DNA of 64,000 nucleotides, from positions 496,001 through 560,000 of the forward strand of contig JALDZX010000008.1 in assembly GCA_022813865.1 (NCBI GenBank), given 5' to 3'. This DNA is from Xylographa opegraphella. Lineage: Eukaryota. Position numbers and translations under genes: made by a program. The notes beneath the pieces were generated by a model. That model saw only the letters and a program-made list of their open reading frames with translations. It did no database searches and was not told the origin of the DNA. Shown here one piece after another: positions 48,851-61,849 of this stretch; position 1 is the stretch's first letter; each line of letters starts with the position of its first letter.

Positions 48851-50211
48851 ATGGTTTTCGGTATAAACAACCCGCTGCCCTCGTCTATGAGAAGTACGTA
48901 AGACAGCAGATTGTATAACGTCGGGATTCATACACTGACTATGGGTGAAGGTGAATGCAAGAAAGCTGCTAGAACCCTCGCATCGTTCGTTGATCCAAGG
49001 CAGGCTTTTGGCCCGGATAAGATTATTCCTCCTGAAATTTTAGCGAATGCCAAAGTCTGACCTCTTTTTCCTTTTCAAGGTTCCCATAGCTAACTGAGCT
49101 AGGGTCTTGCCATTATCACGGTCTTCAAGGCTGGCTTCCTAGGCTCCGCTCGATTTGGTTCAGGAATCGTAGTTGCCCGGCTTTCAGATGGCACATGGTC
49201 CGCCCCCTCGGCCATCGCGACGGGAGGTGGTGGGTTCGGGGGGCAGATCGGCTTTGAGCTTACTGACTTCGTCTTTATTCTCAACGATTATGCCGCCGTT
49301 CGTACATTCTCGCAGCAGGGTTCTCTGACACTAGGCGGCAACGTGTCTATTGCTGCTGGCCCTGTGGGCCGGAACGCCGAAGCTGCTGGAGCAGCCAGTC
49401 TGAAAGGTGTCGCAGGAGTCTTCAGCTATAGCAAAACGAAGGGACTGTTCGCAGGAGTCAGTATCGAAGGTAGTGTAATCATTGAAAGACGAGATGCGAA
49501 CGAGAAGCTCTACAATAGCCGAATCACCGCTCGGCAGTTACTGGAGGGAGGAATCAGACCTCCACCAGAAGCGGAGCCTTTGATGAGGGTGCTAAACTCA
49601 AGGGTCTTTGCCGGAGTACCAGGCAGAGCTAGCGACAACGTCTACAACGATATTCCTATCTACGATGATGGCTTGGAAGATGTGCAAGGCCGAGGGAGAG
49701 CCGGTAGCCAGGCGCACGACGAGTATGAGTACCGCGATAATCCGAACAGAGCTAGCACATGGAAAGACGACGTATACGACCGTCAGCCGAATAGTGCACC
49801 ATCCGATCGCAATTTTGGCGCTCGGGCTAATCCCAATGAGACTTTCGAGAGCATGGGATCGCGAAGGGGAACAGTGGGTAGCGACTCATTCGACAATCGG
49901 AAGCCCGGACGACCTACTGCGCCGAAACCACAGTTTAAGGCGAGACCATCGGCTACATCTTTAGGCCGAGACCAGGCTGTAGCGCTCTTCACCTTTGATC
50001 CGGCGCAGGATGGTGACTTGGGATTCAAGAAGGGCGATGTAATTACTATCCTCAAACGGACGAACAATGCGACAGACTGGTGGACGGGCAGGATTGGAGA
50101 TAGGGAGGGGATCTTTCCGAGGTAAATTAGAGATACCACCATCCATTCAAAATGCTTGGTAGTATGCATCTGACTGACGCCCGTGACAGCAATTACGTAG
50201 ACGCGAAATGA
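48851..50211 (+). CDS. Ysc84/Lsb3 family SYLF plus SH3 actin-binding protein, 3 introns
   Basis: GINNPLPSS, KAGFLGSARFGSGIVVARL...WSAPSAI and GNVSIAAGPVGRNAEA, then SH3 ALFTFD...DWWTG...GIFP|SNYV. Confidence 0.94.
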
Positions 50212-53198
50212 AACCGCTTGAAATGCCGAGGCGTGGTTGGAAGATACGAGGGGCCGATCGTGTGCTACAAAGTTGCGGGAGATACCTTACTACATACCAA
50301 GATCGGCAGCATTTCACGGCGCCATGTTATGGGAGCGTTGGAGCGTGGGAGGCGCATTACTGTAGGCTTTGAGTGACTTTCCGGATCATAGTTTGAGCTA
50401 TATATGGTTTATGGCGATAGAATTGAATCTTTGTCAACGCGATTTTGCTCGATCATGATTTGGCTCAGCGGGCTTATGACGTTGCTATTTCTCCCTGACG
50501 CGGTGCACGACCGTCCTCGACGTGAAATCACATGAGATCTAGGTTACAGCGAGCGAGCGAGACTATTCAACGATCTGATAAACTCTACCGTGGGGTTTCT
50601 GAGATGTATCCTCCAGATAAACGAACCATATCAGACTACTGCATTCAACGTCTTCCCATCTGGACAACCATCTCGAGAACCAAGATTCGTCGGTAACAGT
50701 GCCGGAATACATATATATATAGGCAGGTTCTTGTCGCTTCCAGTCCTATTTGCGGCAGGTCATAGAGCTTGGTAGCGAACGGCTCTAAATCTCTTTGAGG
50801 GAAATGCCGGATTATGCTGCTCGCTGCGAGTTGATCATGTCTAGAGTCGAGATCACGGTGCATGTTCATGTGCTGTTGGAAATATCATGAGCTGCTTGAA
50901 TATACAATCTGGAGCGCTGCTACTGACTCATTGCGGTTGATGAGCCATGATGCTAATGATATTAAAGCTCGACGATGAGCTGTTCTGGAAAGAGCATAAT
51001 GGGACATCCTCAGTACGAAAGATCATGGCTGATTTAATTCCACTAAGACGAACAATGTGCTATGGTACTGCTATGGAACCATTTGGGTACATGACATAGT
51101 ATTATACAGAGTACTTGCTGTTGTATCATCAAGAAAAAGCATAAACAAGTTTAAATATACCTCTCTACAAAGTACTCTCAATAATGCTGTAATACGCCTA
51201 TCAGGGTAGAAATGATGGATGATTACACCAATGGAGCATATGATGACTACCATTACCGTTGAGAACTAGAAAAAAATATATCATTGAGAAGCATAGGTAC
51301 CCTATTACCAGGTAAGGTTTAGTTAGTTCAAACCAGTTTTTCTTCAGTCACGCGCCGAAGGACGACGTAGTTCGACAATGTGAGAGTATCCACAGACGGC
51401 GATTTAGGCACGCGACACCTCAAGGAAACACCTGAACATACCCCTCGAGGTATGACGGGTCGTGAGTCATTTACCAGCTTTCCACGTCTGTGAGACAGTC
51501 TGAAAGCCTCTGCGGCTCAGCAAGGTACATGACAACAGGAGCAGAAGCTCGGTGAATCCAGAACTGAAATGCGCCAAAAACCACCACACAAAGGTCAGCG
51601 ACATGTTTCAAGGCAACATCCATCGCTATACAGCTTTCCGGAAACAGTGCCATCGTCTGGAATTGCTCTCGACAGCTTTGTGAAGGATAACATCTGCAAG
51701 GAGTCTAGCATCAGGAAACGCAAGTGGACCCAAGCCGGAGTGGACAACCAATCAAGCGACCCCCGTCTCCAGATAACACCCTCAATCCGCAGACGCTTAA
51801 TTATTGAGCCCAAGTTCTGCTTCCAATCATGTCAGGATCTCCATTTATATCCTATGAATTTCGGGGTTTGGAGAACCAGTTCCTTCGAGGGTAAACTGAT
51901 TTATCAATGCCTTGTTCATATGCTCGCACTGATGCGGTAATACATTCCAAGCAGCCAGCATTTGAGAGTAATCTTTGCGGGTATCTGATAAATGCATTCG
52001 CAAATCGGCGTGCTTGCGATGTAGCGGTAATCCTAGCGGCTCCAGCGGCTAATTTTCTTGGTCCACCTAAGCGCAAACGCGCAACGCTCACCCACCTTAA
52101 GGCTTGACTCGTTAGCTTAGCTCATTCAACAATCACTTACGCTGCCAAGGTCAATAACGAATGGCGCGTTTGTCCGCAACGCTATGAGACTCTGCTTGTC
52201 TGAGCATCGAATTGAACAGTTTGCAGATTTACCAAAGTACACGTTGTACGCTGTTCGCTCTCTGCTTTGAGTTCATTTCGCAGCGAGTTGGTATGACCGC
52301 TCTGTCTGGAAAAAGTACTTGTCCTCACTCGAAGCAAACCGGAATTGGCAATTACAAACAGCACGTTCAAGAATCTCATATGCGACTGTACAAACAGCTC
52401 TGCACAAAGATTCTCCGTTCGTATATGCAGCATCGTTAATTCTCGGTCCTTTGGACATACTCTTTGACGACGGGACGGTATGGCTGCTTCTATTTGGTAG
52501 GAAGTTTGTGTAGTCCAACCACGACTACCTCCTCGAAGCCCACAACAAATTTCAATCAGCAATGTTTCTGTTTGCCTTGACTGATAGATCTAGTATCTGC
52601 GGCGCCTATTTCTACCGTATTCGAACAGGCTACCAGTCCTCAATGTCTCCAAAGCGGTATTGTCTTCCTACCGAATCTCTAGCTGGCGATTGTCTTTCAA
52701 GATGAATTTCAGTCACGGGGAAACAGCGGCCCGGGGAAGAGCCCGCCTTCCTTTCAAAGGCTCACACATTTTTGTGATGAAGTAATGTTTTCCTGATCGG
52801 TACTTCATCACATCCTATCGCTTTGTTATGCTGCCTTATATCGTGTTGGTTATTCTTTTTCTCCTGCTGGTTAGCATAACTGCAGTATTCTCACAGACAC
52901 GGGTCCTGTTGAAAGTGGTAGAGACATTTCCGAAAACCACCGACAGCATTCGTTGGTTCAAGTGTTCCATCTCGGTCTATTGGTCTGTGTCATTGGAGTG
53001 AAGAGGTGAATTAGACATCTGTGTCATTGGTAAGATTGCTTGCCTTGCGCGATATTAGACCTGAGCTGATTGGCCGGTACACTAGTCGAATAGGTGTTTT
53101 TACAGAACCATATCTGCTTGTCTTTCCCCCAATCCAAACTTCTCCTCTTTCAACTACCTTACTTTTCATTGTCTCACTCTTCTAGCTCCATATCCAGA

Positions 53199-54435
53199 AT
53201 GTTCGCCCAACGTATTATATCGAGAGCTCCCCGTGCTGCTCGCTTTGCTTGTCAGACCTCAGCGATACAGCTCACAAGAGCACTCACAGCCACGGTCGCA
53301 CAGTCAACGACAAAGAATGAGAAGATAGCAGAAGTTGAGGTTCCAGTTGTTGAATACTCGTCTGAATCTGGGGAGGCCCATCACACAATCCTTAAGATCG
53401 ATCAGACCAAACCTGTCAGTAGTCCCATCGTCGACGTGGCCAGGAAGGCATATGCTCTAGACTCTGGCTTGATCAGCAAGCTATCTCCAACACTCGCCAA
53501 GTTTACACTACATGGAAAGGTAGCTCTCATCACTGGGTATATACTTCTTCGTCGTTGCACCTCAATACTTGCCTAACAATCACAACTAGTGCTGCTCGTG
53601 GTCTCGGCTGGAATATGGCGCAAGCTCTTGCAGAAGTTGGTGTTAAAGCAATTGCGCTTATAGACGTGCAGCAAGAGATCGGTGATGCAGCCGCATCAGA
53701 GCTGCACGAGCATACTGGCATCCCGGTCCAGTTCTACAAGGTCGATATCCGGGATGAGAAGGCCATTGCGAAGGTAGTAACCAAAGTTACCGAGGAGTTT
53801 GGGTCACTGGACGTGATAATCAATTCAGCAGGTATTGCAGAGTATGATTACCCTCGTTGATTGGCCAATGCTACGTACGACACGATAGCTGATCATCGTG
53901 ACCAGTTCCAATATTAAAGCAGAAGAGTACGATGCCACTATGTTCCGTCGTCTCATTGATATCAATGTAACCGGTGCATTTCTGGTGGCCCAAGCTTGCG
54001 GCCAACAAATGATCAAGCAAGAAACGGGTGGTTCGATCATTTTCATCGCCTCTATGTCCGGTTCAATTGTCAACTACCCCCAAGGACAATGCTGTTACAA
54101 CGCCTCTAAGGCTGCAGTAGTCCAGCTGGGCAAATCCCTAGCTGCCGAATGGGCTCCGTACGGCATCCGAGTCAACATGATCTCCCCCGGATACATGGAC
54201 ACTGCACTGAACCGTGTGCCCGCCCTCGAGGCGCAGAAGAAGATCTGGACGACCATGACCCCAATGAACCGTCTCGGGAACGTCGACGAGTTGAACAACC
54301 TCGCGGTCTTCCTAGCTTCAGATGCTTCCAGTCTGATGACCGGAGCCAACTGCATCATCGATGTAAACCGCCCATCCCAAAAACGATGATCATAAATATA
54401 CTAACAACGATCAGGGCGGCTATTCGGTGTGGTAA
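53199..54435 (+). CDS. Short-chain dehydrogenase/reductase (D-arabinitol/sorbose reductase-like) with mitochondrial-type presequence, 3 introns
   Basis: ITG|AARGLG, INSAGI, ASMSG, YNASK and D|GGYSVW*. Arg/Ala-rich N-terminus without acidic residues. Confidence 0.92.
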
Positions 54436-54968
54436 CAAAAACACCAACAACTCGGTTTCCTCACCTTTGATGACTTCCCTCCTTTGTACCTGGATTAGAT
54501 GTCATAAAGACTCCCGTTGTGGAATGGGATCGATGCTGCAGGCCATGTGGTCGGTCTCAATATGGCACTTCTGCTTTTTGGAGACTTATCGTGTTGTTGG
54601 CACCTCGTGTTCGTCGATAGCGGTTCGACAGCGTGGCGACTGGTTTTTGTGGATTCGAGCCGACGTCCGTCCGCTCGCTTAGCCTGCTAGCCTAGTGTCC
54701 CTGTTTAGCTCTAAAAACACCCTTGAAAGCATCTGCCGGACACTGCGTGATGATAAGATGGGCACTGTCGTGACTACCTGTGTAGGCCATGCTAGATCAG
54801 GTACATTATGTATTCTCCACCCTTCAGCGATAAACCATCATTAACCACAAGAAATGAAAATCCGTCCCTCCTTTTCTACCTATCCATCCATCTATCCCAT
54901 GTCCCCCGACCCAATTACATATCTACCCAGAAACCCACATCTACAGCTCAAAGCATTTCCCCCGCCCC

Positions 54969-56639
54969 TCACCGCCTGGCCCTCCCCCGAACGACCAACG
55001 CCCCCTCCCCGACCTCCACCCTCCACCCCCCCTTCACCAACGCCCCCCCAACCGCAGGCCCCAACTTCCCTCTCCCGCCCTCACTGTGCCTCCCGACCCC
55101 GACCACGACCCGGAACCCTCCCTCCCCCTGGACCTTCCCCTCGCGCGCCCACTCCGCCGCGCCACCGTCCCACCAGCTCTGGACCCTCTCGCTCGCGATC
55201 CGCACCGCGTCCCGCACGCTTACACCGTGCAAGTCGATCTGGGCGCGCGACGACTGGGCGTCGACGAGCGCGTCTGCGGCGCGAGCGGCGTAGCGGGCTG
55301 AGGCAGCGCCTGCGTCGCGGCCTAGGGAGGCGTAAAAGCCCGCCGCGGCGGACATCAAGGGCGTGGACTTGGAGGCTTTGTGAGCTGTGGCGGCTTGGGC
55401 GAGGCGGGCGGTGTGAGTGTTGGCGAGGGAGGCGGCGAGGGCGAGGGCGTGGGCGCGAGGGATGGGTGGGGGGTTACTTGAGGGGGTGGTCGAGGGTGAA
55501 GAGGCGGAGACGGCGGGGCGGGCGTACTGCGGTATGAGCGGTGCGGTTGAGGACGGGTATGTGGCGGTTGCGGTGAGGGCACGCGCGAGATCGTGCGCGG
55601 AGGCGGTGGAGGGGTGGGTGAGGTGGACGAGGGCGCGGAGGTGCGGTGGGGAGAGATTGGGGAAGGCGTGGGCGAGATCGATGGCGTGCGCGGCGAGGAG
55701 GGGGTCGGTGGTTGAGATGTACGGGTTCGTGATACTGGGGAGGAGGCAGAGGGCGTGGATGGTGGCCGGCAGGGAGGCGTTGTGGGTGTGGTAGGTCGAG
55801 GCGATTGTCTTGGGCGGAAGGTATGTCCGCTGGGTGAGGAAGTCGACGTCGGCTTTCGCTTGGTCCCATTTGCTGGCGGGCGTGCTGGGTGTGTTTGGGG
55901 ACTTGTCGGCGAGTGGGGCGGGCGTAGAGGAGGAGCGGCGGGGGGCGGTGGGGGTTTTGCGTCGCTTGGACTTTTGCTTGCGGGAGTGCGGGGATGGTTG
56001 GGTGAAGGCTTCGATGCCGCGTGGGATGAGGTGGGGTTCGCCGTCGCTGGAGGGTTCTTCGAGGAGGAAGACTTGGTTCAGGAGTTCTTCGACTGTTTTG
56101 GCGAAGTTGTATCGGGATTTCTTGAGCGTGTAGGCGACGTCGAAGGGTTTGAGGCCAGGGAACATTTCGGTCAACAGAGCCTCCTTGTCCGATATCGCGA
56201 GCTCCTCGAGCTCGGCACCACGCCGGTGGCCATCGACTCCAAGATAGTCGCCGTCATCGAGACCGAAAGAGTCAACCGAGTGAGAAAGACTGGTCAAGTC
56301 CGTCTCCTCCGTCCTCGACAACGCATCGCCATTCCACGACTGCGGTCGATCTGCAGACCCATGTGGACTATTGTCGGGCGGATAGCCGCTGCTGCCGGAG
56401 GGGTCAAACGCTGTAGCTTCCTCAGTGTCTGCACTTGCCTTGAGTGCGTCTAGGGTCGAGCATACTTCGCTCACGGAAGCGTCTTGGGTGAGGTCGTAGT
56501 CGGAAACGATGGCGAAGAAGAGGGCGGAGTCGATAGGTGGGCAATATAGTTTCTAGAAGGGCGTCTGGGTCAATACGACTTGTGCGAGCATTGTGCCATC
56601 ATGCATCCTTACCTCGAGACGGGCTATTTCATCATCCAT
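54969..56639 (-). CDS. CUE plus Smr domain endonuclease (Cue2-like), 1 intron
   Basis: YCPPIDSALF N-terminus, LTEMFP (CUE), IDLHGVSV and VVVGVGRHS (Smr). Confidence 0.9.
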
Positions 56640-57198
56640 CTCCAACGCTGTATGATTACAGGAAGCACGCTCGGCTTTAGATACAGTTTCAGTAACGGGG
56701 CCAAAGTTGAGCGGCGTACTCCGTAGTGTTTTTTGGTACTACGCTGAGATACCTATCTCATGTTCCTTAGACTACGAATGCAACTCATAACAACGCACAA
56801 AACCTGCGATAAAGCACCCTCATAACGATATTATTGAAGAGCTCGAGAGTAACAAGGATGATGGAGTCGGCCGATACCACGTCTTTCCGGGCTGCTGATT
56901 ATCTATTTCGCATCGAAGATCTCTAAGGACTTTTGGTGTTCGTCGTACATCGATGTGTGGTTTGTCCCAAAAGGGCTAGCGTAGCTTAGCGAGGCCTTAT
57001 AACGGCAGGGTCGTCCTTCTGCACCCTAGCACTACCTAGCGTACCTGGTCGTGAGCTCCCTCATTCTCATCATAAGGTACACGACCAGCAGAACACAGGA
57101 TGCTTTCGCAGCAGCGCTATTGATTGATCTACGTTGGTGTAGAAGAAATTCTCCGTACGATTTGACGAAACCTCATCACTACGACCAACTCTTTCGCT

Positions 57199-58075
57199 AT
57201 GGCGTCTTCCAGAACTAGGGAGATTGGCTATTCTGACGGCGTTTACTCCGTTTTTGAAGCCCACCACCACCCTATCATTCTAGTAGAGGACGGCGCTATG
57301 CGGTGGATGGGTCTTCGTGTTTGCCCAGAAGAGGTAAGAAGCAGTTCAAAAATTCGGTCGATCCACCACCAACCGCCTCGTAGAACCTTGATCTTTTAGT
57401 CAGAAACTCCCAGGCCGACAGTATATTGACTGGACTTCTGGCAGAAGGCTACTTCGAGCGCGTCGACCAAGACATCGGCTACCGCTTCAATGATCTATAC
57501 ACCAAGCAAGTTCCTCGCCTACGCGACATGCGCTGTGATCCGGGCTTCTTTTCCTGCGTCAGTTTATGGACCGAGGCAATCTACATGCTTGACGTCGAGG
57601 CCGCCGAGCTCGTCGCCGTCGAGGACATTCACGCATGGAACTCAAGTCTCGCTGAAGAGCGCTTCGGCACCGTCCCAGAAACCGCTTCCCTCACTTTTAC
57701 TGAAATGACCAAGCGAGGCACCAGAATTCTGCCCTGGACAATGAGTAGTGCTAAGTCTGTCCCTATCTTCGTACCCTCGATTCCAAGGATCTGCGACGCC
57801 GTCTTAGATCAGCTTAGATACCGCACTACGCTTGCAGAGAAATTTCCACGCCATAAGGGTAACCGCCCAGCGTACCATCTAAGCAACTTCGTCCGGTACC
57901 TGTATCTGGAAGGCAGTCACAGCGGGATCTGCTAGTGCCTTTATTGGCGGAGCGTAACCGAGCGGAAATGGAGCAAAGAATTAACGCTTTCAAGCGGAAG
58001 CCAACCCTTGCTATGATTAAGGAGATGATAAGGAAACAATCAGATCAGAGTAGAGTAGAGATCGTTTCATCATGA
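57199..58075 (+). CDS. Uncharacterised nucleotidyltransferase-like protein, 1 intron, apparent frameshift near 57910-57920
   Basis: Spliced ILVEDGAMRWMGLRVCPEE|NLDLLVR..., IFVPSIP and FVRYLYLE. A helical C-terminus QRDLLVPLLAERNRAEMEQRINAFKRK...VSS* continues in the -1 frame. Confidence 0.6.
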
Positions 58076-58533
58076 ATTCAAAGCACTTCATACAGGGTGA
58101 TATCATCTAAAGATTCGAATCACAAACGGTACGCGAATCGGACTTTCTGACTGATCGGAAGAGAGCTCAGGGACTACACGAACACAGTTGATGGCGCCTT
58201 TCTATCTAGGCATGTTTGCCAAATTAATCGCACCTTCCAGCTGTACTGGCGATACACAGGAATCACGCTAGCGTAGGCTGAATTGAAAAGCCTTATGCTC
58301 ACGAGATTTCCTCAAAACCTCCCGGAATCCTTGGCCCAAAAACTGCTTTAATCCAGACTTGAAAGGCTCAGCTTTGTCGGATCTTTATCATTCCCGCAGC
58401 TCTCGACACCTCCAAGATCTTTTGCTCCAGCAACACTTTCATCCAGATTTGAAAAGCTCAGCATCGTCGATATATTATCTTTCCATCACTGCTGCTACTG
58501 ATATCGTCACGGGAGCCGCCGCCATCTCTTACG

Positions 58534-59207
58534 ATGTCAACCATTGGCCCGGGGCAGAAGGCCGCTCTATTGGAGGCGTATGTTGCAGTAGTCTCGCTGC
58601 TGTCGCTCTCACTGCGCGCCGAATTCCCCATTATCGGTGGTGCATCACTCGTGATGCTCGGCAGCCAACGCAGGACCGAAGACGTTGCTTTTCAGGTCTC
58701 CACCGCTGCGCTAATGGCATTCGAGGAGACTGTATGCAACGACCGTCGATTCTCCAAAGATAAAAATGCCACCTGGACCAACTCATGTCAAGGGGAAGGC
58801 ATCGAGGGAGTCAACGTATCCCTCGAAATTTCCTGATGGGTGGTGGCTTCGCGCCAGAGATTAAAGTCGTCAAGAAGATGGGCGAAGGTTTCCGTGCCGG
58901 CATGGGCGAGCTCGTGAGGATGAAGGCGAATGCATACACGGGACCTGGGGAGCCGAAGGATGTGGCGGATGTTGGATTTCTTCTAGACAAGATGGAGGAG
59001 ACAGGGGAGGGGGTTGAGGGAGTAGAACGGAAGGAGGAGGATTTGGAGGATATGAAAGAGGCGGCGGCGGAATCTGGAAAGAGGCGGCGGCGGAATCTGG
59101 AAAGAGGCGGCGGCGGAATCTGGAAAGAGGCATTCGAACCTTTTGAAGGAGATGCTGAGGAAAGCTGGTCATTAGTAGCGAAGCTGGTCTCAATGCGCTC
59201 GAATTGA
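58534..59207 (+). pseudogene. AbiEii-like nucleotidyltransferase gene, frameshifted near 58826-58833
   Basis: IIGGASLVMLGSQRRTEDV in one frame, then MKANAY...EPKDVADVGFLL in the -1 frame. These match the hGG..R.T.D.D and K...KD..D motifs of this family. Confidence 0.7.
59054..59131 (+). repeat. Perfect 23-bp tandem repeat, 3 copies plus 9 bp
   Basis: GAAAGAGGCGGCGGCGGAATCTG at 59054, 59077 and 59100, with a partial copy at 59123. Confidence 0.97.
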
Positions 59208-59533
59208 GTGTTACTGCTGTAATGCAGCATTAATAAAACGATGAATCACACTTTCACGCCGTATTCGACGTCGGTGGTTATACTCGCGGTGGAGGAGGAT
59301 TCATTGGCCGAGGATGCGGGCAGCATGGCGGACAACTATACTTGACCTCTCAGTCTTGTCTGGCTACAACCCATTCGTGACTTGCCCACTTACCAGTTCG
59401 TGGTTATTTGTTCTTGCGAAATACAATGAGGTAGGTAACCAAGCAAGGCGAAATGACCGTCGGCGTCGACAATCAAGTATCCATGGCCACTTCCCATGGT
59501 ATATATAGTGTCAGCCTCTCAACTGGACAAAGC

Positions 59534-61218
59534 TCAACCTGTATTCATTACTTCTTCTTCCTCCTGTATGTGCTCACTTTCAGCCTCGGCACTCTGTTCC
59601 ATCTCTTCCTCTCTTGTCATGTAATTTTCGAAGGTTATGAAGATTCCAAGATCGTATATGACTTTTAGACCTCCCGCGACTAAGAACGCAATCCAGAAAA
59701 TGTGAGCTTCAGCTACAAATCCTGTGATAACCGGGCCTATACTTTGACTAGAAGTCTTGACAATGTTGACGATACCCATTGTCAATGTCCTTTCGTTTGG
59801 GAGGACAACAGCTGCTAGAAATGCTGAACGAGGTACGTTATCCATGGAGTTGGTGCAGGAGCGAATAATGAGAAAGACCATAGCAAGCATGGGGGAATCC
59901 GGGATTGGAATTAAGCCAAGCATGATTGCGGCTGGAAGGTTGGTAAAGACCATTGCCTGGAGCTACCGTTAGATGATTATCTTATCGGAACACTGCGCAG
60001 GAACTGCCAGTCTTCACATACCTTGATAAGGCCGATACGCTTCGACAGAGCAGAGGCAGCCAGATTCGAGAAGGCGGAGATGACGCTGGTTACGAAGAAC
60101 AAGCTGCCTAGTGTCCCTGGTTCGAGCTCGAACTTGCTGGTGAAGAAATACGATATCCAGGACCTGCCGAATAACTCAGATGAGAAGTACAAAAACCTTT
60201 CTTGCAGGCAGAGTTGAGTTAGAGAAACTCACTGGGGCACCAGACCAGACGAAAAAGAGTCAATTGAGAATAGTAAACATAGTTTTAGTAGAACAATCTT
60301 AGAGTGCTTGCTCATCGCCGGGACAGCCCACTGTGTTGCTTCTGCTGCACCGCTATGCCTATTCTCTGGTAAAAGGCGAGATACCTCCGTGGGCTGCTCG
60401 GGACTGTGTACTCTACCTTCATCCGTCTTAAGTTCACAATTGCCGCTTAGAGCAAATGTCAGAAGCAGCTTGAGTAGTCCCAATCCGGCATATACGAAGA
60501 AGATAACTCGGTAAGATTGAATGGTGTCCCACATAGCTTTCCTCTTAAGAATTTGTAACAACCACCCACAGAAGATATTGCCCAGTGCCTGACCTGCAGT
60601 TGCATGTTACTCGAATACCCCAGCCATAGGAGAGGAATTTTACCCAAAGTTCCTATAAGATTGTACCAGGCGTAAATATCGCCACGACTTGTAGAAGGTG
60701 CAAGCTGGGCTAATATGGATTCTTCTATGGCTCTGAAAGGGCCAATTTCATTTCCACTGCATGTTCGCGTCAAGTTGGAATTGTCATGAAGTCACTGACT
60801 TCACAGCGGAGCAAAGGGAGCTCCATTACCTCGGACTTATGACCCCAAATACAGCAGCACCCAATAGTACCCAATAGTTGCTGGCTCCACCAAAGACGAT
60901 CCCGCTGCCAGTCATTAGAATTGCACCGACCGTCAGAATGTTCCTTCTGCCCCAGGTATCGGCCATAAGTGTCAACAAGAACGCGACAAAGACATTCCCA
61001 AGTAGCGTGAGGCTCATGAACAACCCAATCTTTGTGTCCGAAAAGCCTAATCTGGCTAGATGAAGTGCGAGAATGAGAGAGCAAGCGCCATTGGCAACGA
61101 GTCTGATAAACCTTTGAAAACACAAGAACTTGACATCACGAGGGGATCGGTACAAGGTGTGAAGACCGAGTTCTTTAGCACCTCTGGCAACTATTCTAGG
61201 CACATCGAACGAATCCAT
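59534..61218 (-). CDS. MFS transporter, multi-exon
   Basis: ADTWGRRNIL (motif A), GVISP|SGNEIGPFRAIEES, MVFTNLP and PRSAFLAAVVLPNERT. Confidence 0.9.
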
Positions 61219-61849
61219 GCTATCACAACTCTTTGCTACATCATACAGGTCTGTTGATGTCCAGGCACTCTGTCAACTGCGAATTCCATCGCAAGGCTTG
61301 CGAGTTTCGACGAGCAAAAGGCGTAACGCGTCAGCTCCATGAGGAAGCTTTCCGCAGGTACACTTGGGATAGGCCACGGATGTTGCGAAATAACTAGGCA
61401 CCAGGCAACCATGATCTTGATCCTGTCGAGACTTGTCTCAAAATTATCCCGGGAGATGGACCAACATCCACCCATATCAGACACGGGAGGCCTTTTGCGC
61501 CGCGCATATAGGCCATGGATCATGCACGTTGACCAATTATTGGCCGAGGACGCGGGCGACAGCTCAGCAGCTTGGCTGGCACCTCTCACGGGCGCCGATA
61601 ATACGAGGATGAATGGCTTGAAAGGAGGTACGTTGCCGAGGGCGCAGTCCCACCAATCAGAAGGAGGGGAAGTGAACAATGCACCTTCGCAGGTCGAAGG
61701 GCGATGATTATATATTTGACATAGTACTAAAGGCTCACACCACATCATAGGACTCGTGTGTGAGCTTCAAATTGAATGTATTTATAGTCCAGAGGTCGAC
61801 TCCGCCAGCTCGACGATAGATGACGTAGGATTATAAGCCATTCGACTCA

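Noticed and set aside
58828..58850. TCC-TGA-T, identical to the antizyme +1 frameshift site
   Set aside because: The +1 frame closes after 9 codons, the open continuation is in the -1 frame, and the protein has no antizyme similarity. No in-frame X-XXY-YYZ slippery heptamer is present either.
59054..59131. Repeat of CRISPR-like unit length
   Set aside because: Head-to-tail copies with no spacers, in a eukaryotic genome.
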